A DNA stretch of 64,000 bases from an uncultured Planctomycetaceae bacterium (GTDB lineage: Bacteria; Planctomycetota; Planctomycetia; Pirellulales; PALSA-1355), in the NCBI GenBank assembly GCA_963785305.1, contig CAWAUV010000007.1, positions 2,048,001 to 2,112,000 on the forward strand, given 5' to 3'. The notes beneath the pieces were generated by a model. It made no database searches, was not told the origin of the DNA, and saw nothing but the letters and a program-made list of their open reading frames with translations. Made by a program: the position numbers and the translations under genes. This document shows positions 1-12,700 of the stretch, piece after piece; the stretch's first letter is position 1; each line of letters starts with the position of its first letter.

Positions 1-923
1 CCGGCTCGGAGTCGAGCCGCGAGCGCAACTGCCAAGCGAGGCCGCTCGCCTCGACGAGCTTGGCCACGGCCGCGAACCGCTCGGGATGCCGCGGCGCCAG
101 CACCAGCCGCAGCCGCGGATGCCGGGAACACAACTCGCGAAAGGTCGCCAAAGCGAGCGTTTCCTCGGGCTCTTGCGTGCTGCCGGCCAGAAACACGAGA
201 TCGTCGCTCGCCATGTTCCAAAGCTTTGCGAGCGATTGCGTGGCCGAATTCGATCGATCAGTGCGGGCGCCATCGAATTTCACGGAGCCGGTGATTCGCA
301 CGCGCGTCTCGGGCACGCCGAGGGCGATGAATCGCAGGGCATATTGTTCCGTTTGCGCGGCCACGAGGTCGAGCTTCGCCAAGGTCGAGCGGAGCAATGG
401 GCGAATGCGCCGATAGCCGCGAAAACTTCGTTCGCCCAGCCGGCCATTGGCCACCACGACCCGCGCGCGCCGCTCGCGCCGCGGCGATCAGGTTGGGCCA
501 GATCTCGAGCTCGGCCAAGAGCAACACATCGGGCCGCACTCGGCGCATGGCTCGCCGCGTGGCCCAACTAAAATCGAGCGGGCAGTAGAAAACCGCCAGA
601 TGCGGATACTTTTTTTGCGCGAGCGCGAAGCCGGTGTGGGTCGTGGAGCTGATGACCAGTTCCCAATCGGGTCGGCGGCGCCGCCCACTCCGCGATGAGC
701 GGCGCCAGCAGGTTCACCTCGCCCACGCTCACGGCATGGAGCCATAGGCATTTGGCGGCGGAGGTTCGCGGGGCGCCGCGCCGAGCAGCTTGGCGGTCCC
801 GCCGGCGCGGTAGCGGCCCGTTTTGAGCGAACGCCACGTCAACCAGGGCAGCGCGACCACGAGCGCCGCGAGATAGATCGCATCGAGCAGCAAGGCCGCC
901 GAGCGGGCCGCGAGCCAAGCCAT
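1..923 (-). CDS. waaA: 3-deoxy-D-manno-octulosonic acid (Kdo) transferase, partial (runs off window), frameshifted
   Basis: Consecutive frames give N-terminal TM (MAWLAARSAALLLDAIYLAALVVALPW), WLHAVSVGEV, FYCPLDFSW and RVRPDVLLLAELEIWPNLI, all typical KdtA/WaaA motifs. Confidence 0.9.
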
Positions 924-964
924 TTGTCGGGATTCCTTTCCCTTCGGGCGAACGGGTCCGTTTC

Positions 965-3900
965 TTATGCGACGCCCTTGCGCATGTGGCAGTTCTTGAA
1001 TTTCTTGCCGCTGCCGCAGGGGCACGGATCGTTGCGACCCACGCGCTGGTTGCGGTTGCGAATCGGTTCTTGCTTCTGTTTGACATCCGACTGCGCGATC
1101 GCGTCTTGCTGGCTTTGTTGTTCGGGCGTGAACTGAATTGCGGGCCCGGCTTCCTCGTGAATGGCCGCCGTTTCGTTGAACACGCTCGTGCCTTGGTTCT
1201 CGTCGAGCTGTTCCATGCGGAAGATCAGATCGGTCACGCGCTCGTAAATGCCTTGCCACATGAGCTCGAAAGTGCGCATGCCCTCGCGCTTGTATTCGAC
1301 CTTGGGGTCGACCTGGGCATAGCCCCGCAAGCCGACACTCGACGCAGATGGTCCATCGCCAGGAGATGGTCTTTCCATGAGGTATCGAGCAGTTCCAGCA
1401 CCAAGCCTCGCTCCATGCGGCGGACTTCCGGCCGATAGCGATCCTCGACCGCGAGTTCGACCTCGGTGGTCATTCGCTCGCGGTCCATTTCGCCCAATGT
1501 CTCGCGGGTCACGCGGCAGTGGAGCGAATCGCGAAACCAATCGGCCAGCGCGTCGAACTCCGCCGGCCGCCCGGCGCGACGGGCCGGAATTCCGGACGAA
1601 ACACCATCGAAAAGCGCCGCGAGCAGTCGGGCGCCCTCGCGCTGGCTTCGCCGATTCGCGCCTGGTATTGGCGGCTAAGGTCGAGCAACATGTTCTCGAT
1701 CTCATCGCGCTGCTTGCCGCGCAGTTCGTCGAGGCTTAGATCGCATTGGAAACGATCGCGCGCCCAGGCGATGATCGGCTCGCGGCTCGAGTCGCGGCTG
1801 GCCTTGGCCATCGCGAGTGGTGAAATGCCGCAGCGCGGGGAGCACGGCGCTGGCGATTTCCTTGGCTTCATAGGCCTCGTTGGCCTTGGTCCGCACCTGC
1901 TGCTTGAAAGACTCCGGATCGAGCTTGGCCATTTCGGCCGGATCGAGCTGAAACCCAAACTTATAATTGACCCAGCCGCAAGCGGCCACGACGCCGAAAT
2001 CTTCTTCGAGATAGTGTTTGCCCTCGCCCAGATCGACGCCTTCGATCGTTTCGTGGGCCTTGGCCACGAGGGTTTCCGAGAGCTCGTCGCGGCCGATGCG
2101 TTTCAGATCGCGATCGCGATAGTTGAGGTTCCAGCGCGTGTTGGCCAGTTTGGCGAGCACTCCCAATTCCATTCGGCCTCGGCCTCCTCGTCGCCCTCGG
2201 GCAGGTTTTCCTCGATGGCGTCGAACACCTGGCCCTCGGCGATCCGCTGGGCTTCGTCTTTCGCCAGCCGCGCGGCGGATTCGAATTCGAGCCCGCGAAA
2301 ATCCTTGGCTTGGAGCTCGACTCCCAGCCGGCGGCCGCACCATTCGGCGAAGGTGTCGCCGCCGTAGTCCTTGGCGAGAAACTGGCCGAGATAGCGATCG
2401 ATTTGTTCGTCGATCATGGCCAGGATCAGAGTTTTACAATTGGCGCCGTCGAGGATGCGTTGACGGTAGCCATAGACTCGCTTGCGCTGCTCGTCCATTA
2501 CTTCGTCGTAGTCGAGCAAGCTCTTGCGCGTCTCGAAGTTGCGTTCCTCGACCTTTTTCTGCGCCCTTCGACGCGCCGAGAGACCATGCCGCTCTCGATC
2601 GCCTCGCCTTCTTGCATGCCGAGCCGGGTGAGCACGTTTTTGACCCATTCGCCGGCGAAGATGCGCATCAGGTCGTCTTCGAGCGAGAGAAAGAAGCGGC
2701 TCGAGCCGGGATCGCCTTGGCGTCCGCAACGACCGCGAAGCTGCAAGTCGATGCGGCGGGCTTCGTGGCGCTCGGAGCCGATGATATGCAGCCCGCCGAG
2801 CTTGCGCACTTCGAGTCCCTCGACCGACATGTTCTCTTTCTTGTCGATCTCGGCGACGAGGGCCGTCCATTCGTCTTGGGGCACATCGAGCCGCGTGGCG
2901 TATTTGTCTTGCAACTTGGCCCAGGCCATCGTTTCGGCATTGCCGCCAAGAATGATGTCGGTGCCGCGGCCGGCCATGTTCGTGGCGATGGTCACGCCCG
3001 AGAGCCGACCCGCCTGGGCCACGATTTCGGCCTCGCGCTGATGCTGCTTGGCGTTGAGCACTTCGTGGCGAATGCCGCGCCGCTCGAGCAGCGACGAAAG
3101 CAGTTCGCTCTTCTCGATCGACACGGTGCCGATGAGCACTGGGCGGCCCTTGCGCTCGAGCTCGACGATCTTGGAACGCGGGATTTTTTCGCGCTGCTTG
3201 CCATCCTTGGCTTGGAATTCGACTTCGGAATCGTTTTCCGACACAATCGCGCCCACGCGCTCGGTCTTGTCGTTCAGGAGCGCGATGTCCCATTTGTGCA
3301 GCCGTTCGACTTCGTCGGCGATGGCATTGAATTTTTCCTTCACCGTGCGGAAGATCACATCGGGATAGTTGATTCGCTTCATCTGGCGATTCGTGGGCAC
3401 GGCCACCACATCGAGCTTGTAGATCTTCCAGAATTCCGAGGCCTCGGTCATGGCGGTGCCGGTCATTCCGCAGATTTTGCCGTAGAGCTTGAAGAAGTTT
3501 TGCAGCGTGATCGTGGCCAGCGTCTGGTTTTCTTCCTTGATCTTCACGCCTTCCTTGGCTTCGACCGCTTGGTGCAACCCATCGCTCCAGTTGCGGCCCT
3601 TCATGAGGCGCCCCGTGAACTCGTCGACGATAATGACCTCGCCGTCCATCACCACATAATTCACGTCGCGCTTGTAGAGAAAATGGGCCTTGAGCGAATT
3701 ATCGATCAGGTGCGGCCATTCCATGTGATCGGTCGTGTAGAAGCTCTCGACGCCGGCCAGCCGCTCCGCCTCGCGCACGCCCTCGTCGGTCAAATGAACG
3801 GCGTGCTCCTTTTCCTTCACTTCGAAGTGGGCGTCTTTCTTCAGTTGCCGCGCGATGCGATCGGCCCGCTCGTAGAGGCTCACGTCGTCGTGCGCCGGCC

Positions 3901-4666
3901 CGGCGATGATCAGCGGAGTGCGGGCCTCGTCGATGAGGATATTGTCCACCTCGTCGATGATCGCGTAGTGCAGTCGGCCTTGAGCCTGCTGGGCGTGTTT
4001 CGGATACCGATCGTCGCCTCGAGCGGCCAAGCGCATGTTGTCGCGCAAGTAGTCGAATCCGAATTCGTTGTTCGTGCCGTAGGTGATGTCGCAGGCATAG
4101 GCTGCTTGACGCTCGGCCGAGTCCATGCCGCTTTGAATCGCGCCCACGGTAAGGCCCAGGCCCATGTAGAGCGGGCCCATCCACTCCATATCGCGCCGGG
4201 CCAGATAATCGTTCACCGTCACGACATGCACTCCGCGGCCTTCGATCGCATTGAGATAGGCCGGGAGCGTGGCGACCAGGGTCTTGCCTTCGCCGGTAAC
4301 CATTTCGGCGATGGCGCCCGAATGCAGAATGAGTCCGCCGACGAGTTGGACATCGTAGTGGCGTTTGCCGAGAAAGCGGCGGCCAGCCTCGCGGCAGGCG
4401 GCAAAGGCTTCGATCGTAATATCGTCGAGCGTGGCGCCCTCGGCGAGGCGGCGACGATATTCGACCGTCTTCTCCCGCAATTGTTCGTTGGTCAGGACTT
4501 GGAAGGTGGGCTCGAGCGCCGTGATCGCGTCGACCTTGGGCTGCAACTTCCGCACATGCCGGGCATTGGAGGAGCCGAACATGCTGGTGAGCGTGCGTTC
4601 AAAAGCCGACCCCAGGGCGCTAAACAGGCCGGAGATCGCGTCCCAAATCTGTTCCAAAAGTTCCAT
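965..4666 (-). CDS. secA: Preprotein translocase subunit SecA (long form), split by several frameshifts
   Basis: [70 protein letters not shown] and C-terminal SEC-C motif [18 protein letters not shown], spread over ORFs 2498-4804, 2103-3293, 1702-2343, 1509-1958, 1234-1512 and 965-1705. Confidence 0.97.
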
Positions 4667-4951
4667 GTAAAAACAATCCCTCGAAAAGTCACGCGACGGA
4701 GCGCCCGAAGTGTCGCGGCGCGGAGAAGGCGCCGCCCCGTGACATGGCGGGTGGCGCAAGACTATCCTGCTACGTAATTTATAGCGATTTTTCAGACCGG
4801 TCAACAGCGGTTGCCGGGTGACCCAGCCGCCGGCGAGGACCCTGGCTGGGGCCGAGCCGGGCCCCGGCCAAGACTGGGGTTTTCGAGGGCGGCGCCAAGT
4901 CCCATCGCGAACGGCCGCCCTGCTCGTGAATGAAAACTCGCGGCGAAGCGT

Positions 4952-5793
4952 TTACCTCGCCGGGGAGTGCTTCGGCCCGCGCGAATCAGGCGGCCACTCG
5001 CAAGCGCGCGCGCCGGACTCCCAGGTCTTCCAGGGCGCGGCGCCGGTGTCCCACATCTCGTTGAGCATCTGGTAATCGCGGCTATTGTCCATCGGATGCC
5101 AGAAGCCCTCGTGGGGGTAGGCGCCAGCTCGCCGGCTTGCGCGAGCCGGGTGAGCGGTTCTTTTTCGAAGACCAAGTTCGGGTCGTCTTCGAGCCAATCG
5201 AATATCGCGCGTTCGAAGACGAAGAACCCCCCGTTGATGAAGCCGGTCGACTGCACCGGTTTTTCCATGAAGTGCTGGACTTGACCATCGACAACCTTGA
5301 TTTCACCAAAACGGCCCGGCGGCGACACGGCGGTGACCGTGCCGATTCGATGGTTGGCCAAATGGCATTCGGTGAGCTGGCCGAGGTCGACATTCGACAC
5401 GCCGTCGCCATAGGTGAGCATGAAGCGGCGACCGTTGATGTATTTTTCGATTCGCTTGACCCGGCAGCCGGTCATGCTGGAGAGGCCGGTTTCGGCGAGG
5501 GTCACGCGCCAGTTTTCGCAGGCCGGCTTGTGCCGCAGCTCCACATTGCCATCTCGGCCCAAGTCGATCGTGAAGTCGGAAAGATTCTGGTGATAGTCAA
5601 GAAAGAATCGTTTGATGGCGTGGCTTTTGTAGCCCAAGCAGAGCACGAATTCATCGAATCCGTGATGCGCATAGTGTTTCATGATGTGCCAGAGGATCGG
5701 CTTTTCACCGATCGGAATCAGCGGCTTGGGCAGCTCGCTGTTGACCTCGCGGATGCGCGAGCCTTGTCCGCCGCAAAGAATAACGACCTGCAT
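4952..5793 (-). CDS. rfbF: Glucose-1-phosphate cytidylyltransferase (frameshift near 5125)
   Basis: MQVVILCGGQGSRIRE..PKPLIPIGEKPILWHIMK, FMLTYGDGV, INGGFFVFE; C-terminus HEGFWHPMD..APWKTW in another frame. Confidence 0.9.
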
Positions 5794-6099
5794 CGCCGAG
5801 TTTCCTGGATCGCTGTTTGTGGACCGCCAAGGGCGGGGCGCCCGCGTGGGCCAGAGATTAGCCATGCGGCGCCCCAGGGGTCAACGCCGATCACGGTGAA
5901 AACCCGCTCTTTTTTCCAACATTCCCGCATGCCCGACGGTCTGGAACTTGCGCGCCAGCATGGGTGAGCTGCTTGACGAGCGGCGCCATGCGAGCGCAAT
6001 CGGAAAATCTTTCCAAGTTTGACTCATCAAAATAATCGACGCGACCGATACAGGATACCACTTAAGAAAATCCCGTGTCTTTTCGGTATTGGGAGCAGA

Positions 6100-8071
6100 A
6101 TGGCGATTGTCGACCGTTCGTCGGGCCTCGAATCCCCGCATTCGCCGTTTTCGCTGGGAATCACGCCGCGCGGTTCATCGCTAGCGGCGCCCGCGGCAAT
6201 TCCCACTCCAGCCGCGAGGGCGACTCGCGCGAAGCTGGCGCCGGCAGCGCCCGAGCTCGAGCCGAATCCCGCGCCGCCCGCGCCCGAGGGCAAGCGGCGG
6301 CGGGCAATCTGGGCCCTGGCGATGCCCTATCTGCTCACGGCCATGCTGGCGCTCACGATCATCGCCCGGCTGATGAACCTGTCGCGGGCCGACTTCCACA
6401 TCCCATTTGCTTATGGCGGCGACGCGCTGATGTTTCAAACCTGGTGCGATGCGCTATTGCATCACGGCTGGTATCTCCGCAATCCGCTGCTCGGCGCTCC
6501 CGAAATCCAGAAGATGGAGGATTTCCCCCAGGTCGACAGTCTGAACTTCTTGATCGTCAAGTTCTTTGGCCTCTTCACCGACGACACGCAGGTTGCGCTC
6601 AATCTGTTCTGTTTGGCGACCTTCGTGCTGCCGGCCGTGACCGGATTGTTCGTCATGCGCCGGCTCGGGGCGGCGACTCCGGTGGCCATGGCATGCAGCC
6701 TGCTCTACACCTTCTTGCCGTATCACTTCATTCGTCTCGGCGGGCATTACTGTCTGACGTGCTATTACATTGCCCCACTTTCGATTCTGCTGGCAATGCG
6801 GATCTATCAGGGACAGTTTCCCGGCGCCGCGGCGAGCGATTCGAGCGAGCCGGCGCGAGCGTCGCGAGCGAAAATTTGGGCCGGGGCGATCGGAATCTGC
6901 CTGCTTCAAGCCTCGGCCGGTCTGTACTACGCGTTTTTCGCCATGTACTTCCAAGCGATCGCCGGTCTCGCGGTCAGTTTGCAGCAACGGCGCGTGCGGC
7001 CGCTGCTCTGTTCGATCTTGCTGGTCGTGGTCACGACCGGCGGCGTCGCGGCGAATCTTGCTCCGACCTTCAGCTACTGGATTCGCCATGGTCGGAATCA
7101 GGAAATCGCCGCGCGCGTTCCCGCCGAAACCGAGCGCTATGGCTTCAAGCTCGCCGCGTTGATGTTGCCGATTCCTGGCCACCGCGTCGACGCGATTCGC
7201 GATTTCCGCAATCACTACGAGAGCGCGAGCGTCAATAGCAACGAGAACATGTGGTCGGCGCAAGGCATGTTGGCCAATCTCGGATTCATCGTGCTGCTGG
7301 GAATGCTGCTCTATCGCGGAGCGGCGTCGAAGCTGCTCGAAGGGCTGAGCGTTTTGAATCTGTTTGGAATCCTGTTCGCCACAACCGGCGGATTGGGCAT
7401 GATCTTCAGCATGCTCGTGATGCCGCATCTTCGCAGCCAAAATCGCGTCAGCGTCTTCTTGTCGTTCTTCTCGCTACTATGCGTGGCCTATCTATTGACG
7501 TTCATTTGGCGGCGCTACTCCGGGAGCAAGGCCGCGCAATGCCTCATGTGCGGGCTCCTGGTGGGCATGACGCTGCTGGGCATTTGGGATCAGCATCCGC
7601 CCGGCAGCCGGCCGGACTATAGTTTGGTGCATCGCAGGTGGGCCAACGATGTCGTGTTCGTCGGCGAGATCGAAAAGGCGATGCCGCCCGGCGCGATGAT
7701 CTATCAAATGCCCTACGCCCAGTATCCCGAGCAGCCACCCGTGGTGAACTTCTCGGCCTCCGATGGCATCCGATTCTCCCTGCATTCGCGCGCTGCGCTG
7801 GACCAGCGGCGCGATCAAGGGTCGCGAGGCCGATCGGTGGCTCACGCAGGTGGCGGCCCAGCCGGTCGCTCGGCAGCTTGAATCCGCCGCCGCGGCCGGC
7901 TTTCAGGGAGTGCAACTCAATCGCAGTGGCTATGTGGACAAAGGCGCGGCGGTCGAAGCCGAGCTCCGCGAAATCTTGGGAGAGCCGATCTCGAGCCCCA
8001 GCGGCGCCGAGCTGTTCTTCGTGATGAAGCCCGGCCAGAAGCTCGAAGCCGATCGAATCACCCGACGCTAA
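6100..8071 (+). CDS. Polytopic membrane protein, probable GT-C/YfhO-like glycan-modifying enzyme (frameshift near 7795)
   Basis: About 12 hydrophobic segments with motifs YGGD, NPLLGAP, DFP, LYTFLPYHF, YYAFF and IYQMPY..YPE; the C-terminus continues in ORF 7763-8071. Confidence 0.65.
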
Positions 8072-8109
8072 TCACGCGAGCGATTCTCGCGACCTCGTTC
8101 GTCGATTCC

Positions 8110-9503
8110 TCACGGGCCGGCCAGAGTTTCGGCCGCCGCGGCGCAGAGCGCTCGAGCCTCGGCCGCGCTCGGGGCCTCGGCGATCGCCCGCACGATTGGC
8201 TCGGTGTTGCTGGCCCGCACTAGCAGCCATTTGCCGGGCCAATCGAGTCGCAGGCCATCGAGCCGATCGGCCTTGGCTTCGGAAAAGCGGCGTTCGAGCG
8301 CGGCGAGCGCTTCGGACATGCGCTCGGGCGGCAGCGAGATTTTGGATTTCACGATCTCATATCGCGGCAGCCTGCGCCGCCAGCTCGCTCACGGCGGCGT
8401 CGCTGGCGGCCATGGCGTCGAGCACGAGCGCCATGCTCAAGAAGCTGTCGCGCACCAGCACGACCCCAGGATGAATCACGCCGCCATTGCCTTCGCCGCC
8501 GAGAATCGCATCGTGGCGGAGCATGGCGTCGACCACGTTGGCCTCGCCCACGGCGGAGCGAAAAAACGCGGCGCCATGCCGCGCCGCAATGTCCTCGCTC
8601 ATGCGGCTCGTCGAACAATTGGTGACGATCGCCGGCCGCGAGGCGCTGCGGCCTGGGCTGGTCTTCCGGGCATGGGTGGCAAGCACGTGTTCGACTGCGA
8701 GGGCCAGGGTATATTCCTCGCCCAGATAGCGGCCCCGATTGTCGATGATCGCGAGCCGATCGGCGTCGGGGTCTTGGCAAAAGCCGATGTCGGCGCCCAC
8801 TTTGGGCACACTCGCCAACACGCCCGCCAGGTTCTCGGCCGTGGGCTCGGGCTCATGTTCGAACTGGCCATCGGGCTCGGCTCCGTGGATGGTGGACTCG
8901 CAACCCAGCGCATCGAGCAATCGCTTGCCCAAGAGAGCGCCAGCGCCGTGGTTGGCGTCGAGCACGACATGGAACTTGCGGCTACGGATGCGCTCGACGT
9001 CGACCGTGGCGAGCGCGAGCTCCAGATGCCGGCTCAGGGTGTCGTTTAGTTGGGTCGTCGCGCCGAGCGAATCGTGGCGAGCCCATCCCGACTCGGCGGC
9101 GCGATAGCGCGAGACGACATGTTCGCCAGCTTGGGCAGGCAGCACGCGACCTTCGGCCGAGAAGAGTTTGAAGCCGTTGTACGGCGCTGGGTTGTGGCTG
9201 GCCGAGATTTGCAGTCCGCCGGCGCAGCGTAGTTCGCGCACGAAGACGCCGGTCGTGGGCGTGGCGGCGACACCGGCGTTCGAGCACTTGGCGCCCCGCG
9301 GCGGCGAGCGCCCCGGCAACGAGCGCCGCGAGCAGGGGCCCCGAGGCGCGGCCATCTCGCGTGACGACGATCGGTCCCGCGGGCGCGACGGCGGCGAGCG
9401 CGGCGGCATAACGCACCGCCACCTCCGGCGTGAGGCTTTCGCCCACCACGCCGCGCAGTCCCGAGACACTAATAATCAGCGGTTGCGAGGAATTGGGAAC
9501 CAT
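8110..9503 (-). CDS. Phosphoglucosamine/phosphomannomutase family protein (frameshifted)
   Basis: IISVSGLRG, ISASHNP (phosphoserine loop), QDPDADR (metal loop), GGEGNGG, VRASNTEPIVR. Confidence 0.92.
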
Positions 9504-9567
9504 TTCATCGGGCGTCCAATGGATGAAGTAGACCCGCGGAGCGTGGAGAGTCTCGCGCCATACTACG

Positions 9568-10347
9568 TTAGCGCTTCAGTATGTCACGGTCTCTCGTTCG
9601 TGAACTTTTCCGATCGGCATCACCTGATTGCCGGTCGCATGCGAGTCCGCCATGGACGAATGCAAACACCCTTTCCGCGGCCGCAATTTCGTCCGCGACA
9701 TCGTCTTGTTCGACCGGCGTTTCAAGAATGATCGGAATGGACTCGTCCAGCCAATGGGCGACAAGCCGGAACGATAAAATGCTTTCGAAATTCAAACGTT
9801 CATGGCCACTTTGCGAGTTTACATAGCTCATATGCACCTGGCGCAGGCGATTACGAAAATAAAAGAGAAGAGACTCGGCCTCTTGCATCGTTGGGTCGAC
9901 TTGTCGTGCATGGCCGATATCGAAGCAGAAGGTTGCGTTGGGCAGCTTCTCGAAGATTTCCCGCAACTGCGATGCCGTGCGTCCCATGGACTTTCGTTTG
10001 TCCATGTTCTCAATGCACACCGCCCGCCCCAATGTGTTCCATGCGGAATAGTCGCTGATCACATCGGGATGAACGACAATCGCCCAATCTCTGTCGGCGA
10101 CTCGCTTAAGCTTTGCGACCAGTTCGGACTCGGATAAGGCTTTCAGCTTGCTCGGGGCATGAAATGAGACGTAATCAAAGTGCTTCAAATCATTTTCCAT
10201 TCCCTGGAGCGACTCCAACAAGGGATCAAGCTCGTCCTCTCGCAACGCGGAAAGCTCGACCGCGGAGGTTCGTTCATGCCTTGCGACCCGCAGACCGCGA
10301 CGCGCGTCGCCAAGCGCAATGCTGCCGGTGGAGAAGCCAATTCGCAC
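9568..10347 (-). CDS. Endonuclease IV / xylose-isomerase-like TIM-barrel metalloenzyme
   Basis: Ordered metal-ligand motifs FHAP, VHPD, IENM, FDIGH, VHMS, SGHE, ILETP. Probable GTG start at 10347 lies 1 nt after the upstream stop. Confidence 0.75.
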   Translation of the reverse strand: MRIGFSTGSIALGDARRGLRVARHERTSAVELSALREDELDPLLESLQGMENDLKHFDYVSFHAPSKLKALSESELVAKLKRVADRDWAIVVHPDVISDYSAWNTLGRAVCIENMDKRKSMGRTASQLREIFEKLPNATFCFDIGHARQVDPTMQEAESLLFYFRNRLRQVHMSYVNSQSGHERLNFESILSFRLVAHWLDESIPIILETPVEQDDVADEIAAAERVFAFVHGGLACDRQSGDADRKSSRTRDRDILKR

Positions 10348-10348
10348 G

Positions 10349-11454
10349 TTAGAACACTCCGTATTCAAAGGCAAATTCCCGCAAGGCAGAGTCCTCTAAA
10401 AAGCAGATCCGTTTCAAGACGCCGTGAAGCTCATGACTGATCTCTCGACAGCGCAGGAACTCCTCGTTTTCGTAAACCTGACCGGCGTTCAGATCCGCCA
10501 AGCACTGCCGGAGGTCCGCGTCATCGATCATAACAAGGAATTGCTTATAGATGTCGATCAAGTCCGCGCAAGCGGACTCCAGACCGATATTGCACAAACT
10601 CCAAACGACGATGTCGAGTGGCGCCGCATCGACGAATTTCAAGAGGTGAGCTTGAAGCTTCAGCAAGTAATCCGACGTTTCGGATTCGCCTCGCTGAAGC
10701 TCCGTGTTTCGAAAACAACCGAAAACGAGCAACAGCCCCGCGACGAACAGCATTTTTCGCGACGTTCGCAATTTGATGTTCCGCAAAGCCCATTTCCTTC
10801 CGCCTTGCTCCCAATCCTTGTAGGCGAAATCGACGCACATGGTTCGCCAATAACGAACCACGTCGTTCAGGAGAAACCTTGGGATGCGCGATTCCATATC
10901 CTCGGCCGCGTGAAAATTCGAGTCGCTCCGCAAATAACGATTCAAGACCTGGCGAACGATTCGTTGACAGGGCCCCAAGTTCTCCATTGGGCTCTCGCAA
11001 GGCGGCTGCCTCGAGCAGCAGCAAAAATTCGCTGGGTGGTATTGCGATTCGTATCGGATTGTCCGCCGATGTTGTGGACAATATCGTGTCCGAACACCAT
11101 CGTTCCGAAGATGCCCTCGGCTCCCGGCCCTGGGAGCGACCGATTCTTGTATTCAATGTGTGCCAATTTATCTTGAATCGCACGTGCCGCGATCCTGTGT
11201 TCCGGGTCTGCTTGTCCGTCGACCAGCATCGTCCAATCGATATCGCTGCCCGAAGTCCATTCCCGGCGGGTCAATGATCCGAAGACGACGATATCGACGT
11301 CATCGGAAACGTATTGTCGCAGTTCTCCCGTGAGGAACGCCCTCACCGAAACGGCTTCCTCCCTCGCTTTGGCGAGGGTGGGCCATGACCTTCCTTTCAC
11401 GTTGGCAAGCCAGGTGAAATAGTCAAAATTGGGCTCGATAGCGCCGTTTGGCAT
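10349..11454 (-). CDS. Pol-beta superfamily (GlnD/GlnE/DUF294-like) nucleotidyltransferase with helical C-terminal domain; two frameshifts near 10985-11030
   Basis: VVFGSLTRREWTSGSDIDW (hGS..DxD), then DTNRNTTQR|LLLLE, then FLLNDVVRYWRTMCVDF..WALRNIKLRTSRK. Confidence 0.8.
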
Positions 11455-11659
11455 GGGGCAAGTCTCGGGCAATACGAGGCCACACTCAAAGGATTCAGGC
11501 GAATGTGGCCGATAGCCGACGCCATCGGCCGCCCATCTCCCGGCGCGAATTCACCGAACGGCGGTCCACGAATTATTGGATGATGTCGATCCCATGGCGG
11601 GCAATTAATTTCGCAGGCCGAAAACTTCCGGCGTCGTTGATGAAAGGCGGACCGGCCGC

Positions 11660-12544
11660 CTAACGGTTCTTGTGTTTGGCGATGGCGCGTTGCATGGCGG
11701 CGCCCATGTCGGCGGGGCTGGCGGCGACTTCGATGCCGGCGGCTTCCAGGGCGGCGACCTTTTCGGCCGCCGTGCCCTTGCCACCCGAGATGATCGCGCC
11801 GGCGTGGCCCATCCGTTTGCCCGGCGGAGCAGCGCGGCCGGCGATAAACGCCGCGACCGGCTTGGTCACGTGGTCGCGCACATAAGCCGCGGCCTGTTCC
11901 TCGGCCGTGCCGCCGATCTCGCCCATCATCAGAATCGCTTCCGTCGCCGGGTCGGCCTCGAACATTTGAAACAAGTCGATGAACGACGTGCCCACGATCG
12001 GGTCGCCGCCCAGACCCACGCAGGTCGATTGCCCCAATCCAAGGTTCGTAAGTTGCCACACCGCTTCATAGGTCAGCGTGCCGCTGCGGCTCATCACACC
12101 GATCGGACCCTTCTTATGGATATAGCCCGGCATGATGCCGATCTTGCATTCTTCCGGCGTGATCACGCCCGGACAGTTCGGGCCGATCAGCCGCGATCCG
12201 CTCTGGCGCACGACTTTGTAAACGCGAGCCATGTCGATCACGGGCACGCCTTCGGTGATGGCGATCACGGTTTTGATTCCGGCGTCGACCGCTTCGAGAA
12301 TCGCGTCGGCCGTGAAGGCGGGCGGCACGAAGATCATGGTGGCGTCGGCTCCGGTCTTTTCGACCGCTTCGATCACGGTGTCGAACACCGGCAGGCCCTC
12401 GACGGTCTCGCCGCCTTTGCCCGGCGTCACGCCGCCGACCATCTTCGAGCCATATTCCTTGCAGCCCTTGGTGTGAAACTGCCCGACTTTGCCGGTGATG
12501 CCTTGGCAGATCACACGGGTATTCTTGTCGATGAGGATGCTCAT
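11660..12544 (-). CDS. sucD: Succinyl-CoA ligase alpha subunit
   Basis: [45 protein letters not shown]. Confidence 0.98.
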   Translation of the reverse strand: MSILIDKNTRVICQGITGKVGQFHTKGCKEYGSKMVGGVTPGKGGETVEGLPVFDTVIEAVEKTGADATMIFVPPAFTADAILEAVDAGIKTVIAITEGVPVIDMARVYKVVRQSGSRLIGPNCPGVITPEECKIGIMPGYIHKKGPIGVMSRSGTLTYEAVWQLTNLGLGQSTCVGLGGDPIVGTSFIDLFQMFEADPATEAILMMGEIGGTAEEQAAAYVRDHVTKPVAAFIAGRAAPPGKRMGHAGAIISGGKGTAAEKVAALEAAGIEVAASPADMGAAMQRAIAKHKNR

Positions 12545-12700
12545 GGTCGGTTTTGGCTTCGAGGGTTGCGGCCCCGTGGAAGGGCCAGATCGAAAACTTG
12601 CGACGCGATTTCGGGAGCGACTCGTCCGCGTGGCTCTCGAGAATTAAGAATTAAATACAGTCATCGCCTCTCGAATAGGGCAGGGCGATAGGAGCGGCGG

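Noticed and set aside
2123..4777. 884-aa plus-strand ORF and similar long antisense ORFs (e.g. 24487-26805, 40126-42216, 50932-53148, 58522-59970)
   Set aside because: Shadow ORFs opposite well-supported genes in high-GC DNA; no recognisable motifs.
965..9503. Programmed frameshifting or genome decay in secA, rfbF and the mutase
   Set aside because: No consistent slippery motifs, and the genes are essential or well conserved; sequencing error is more parsimonious.
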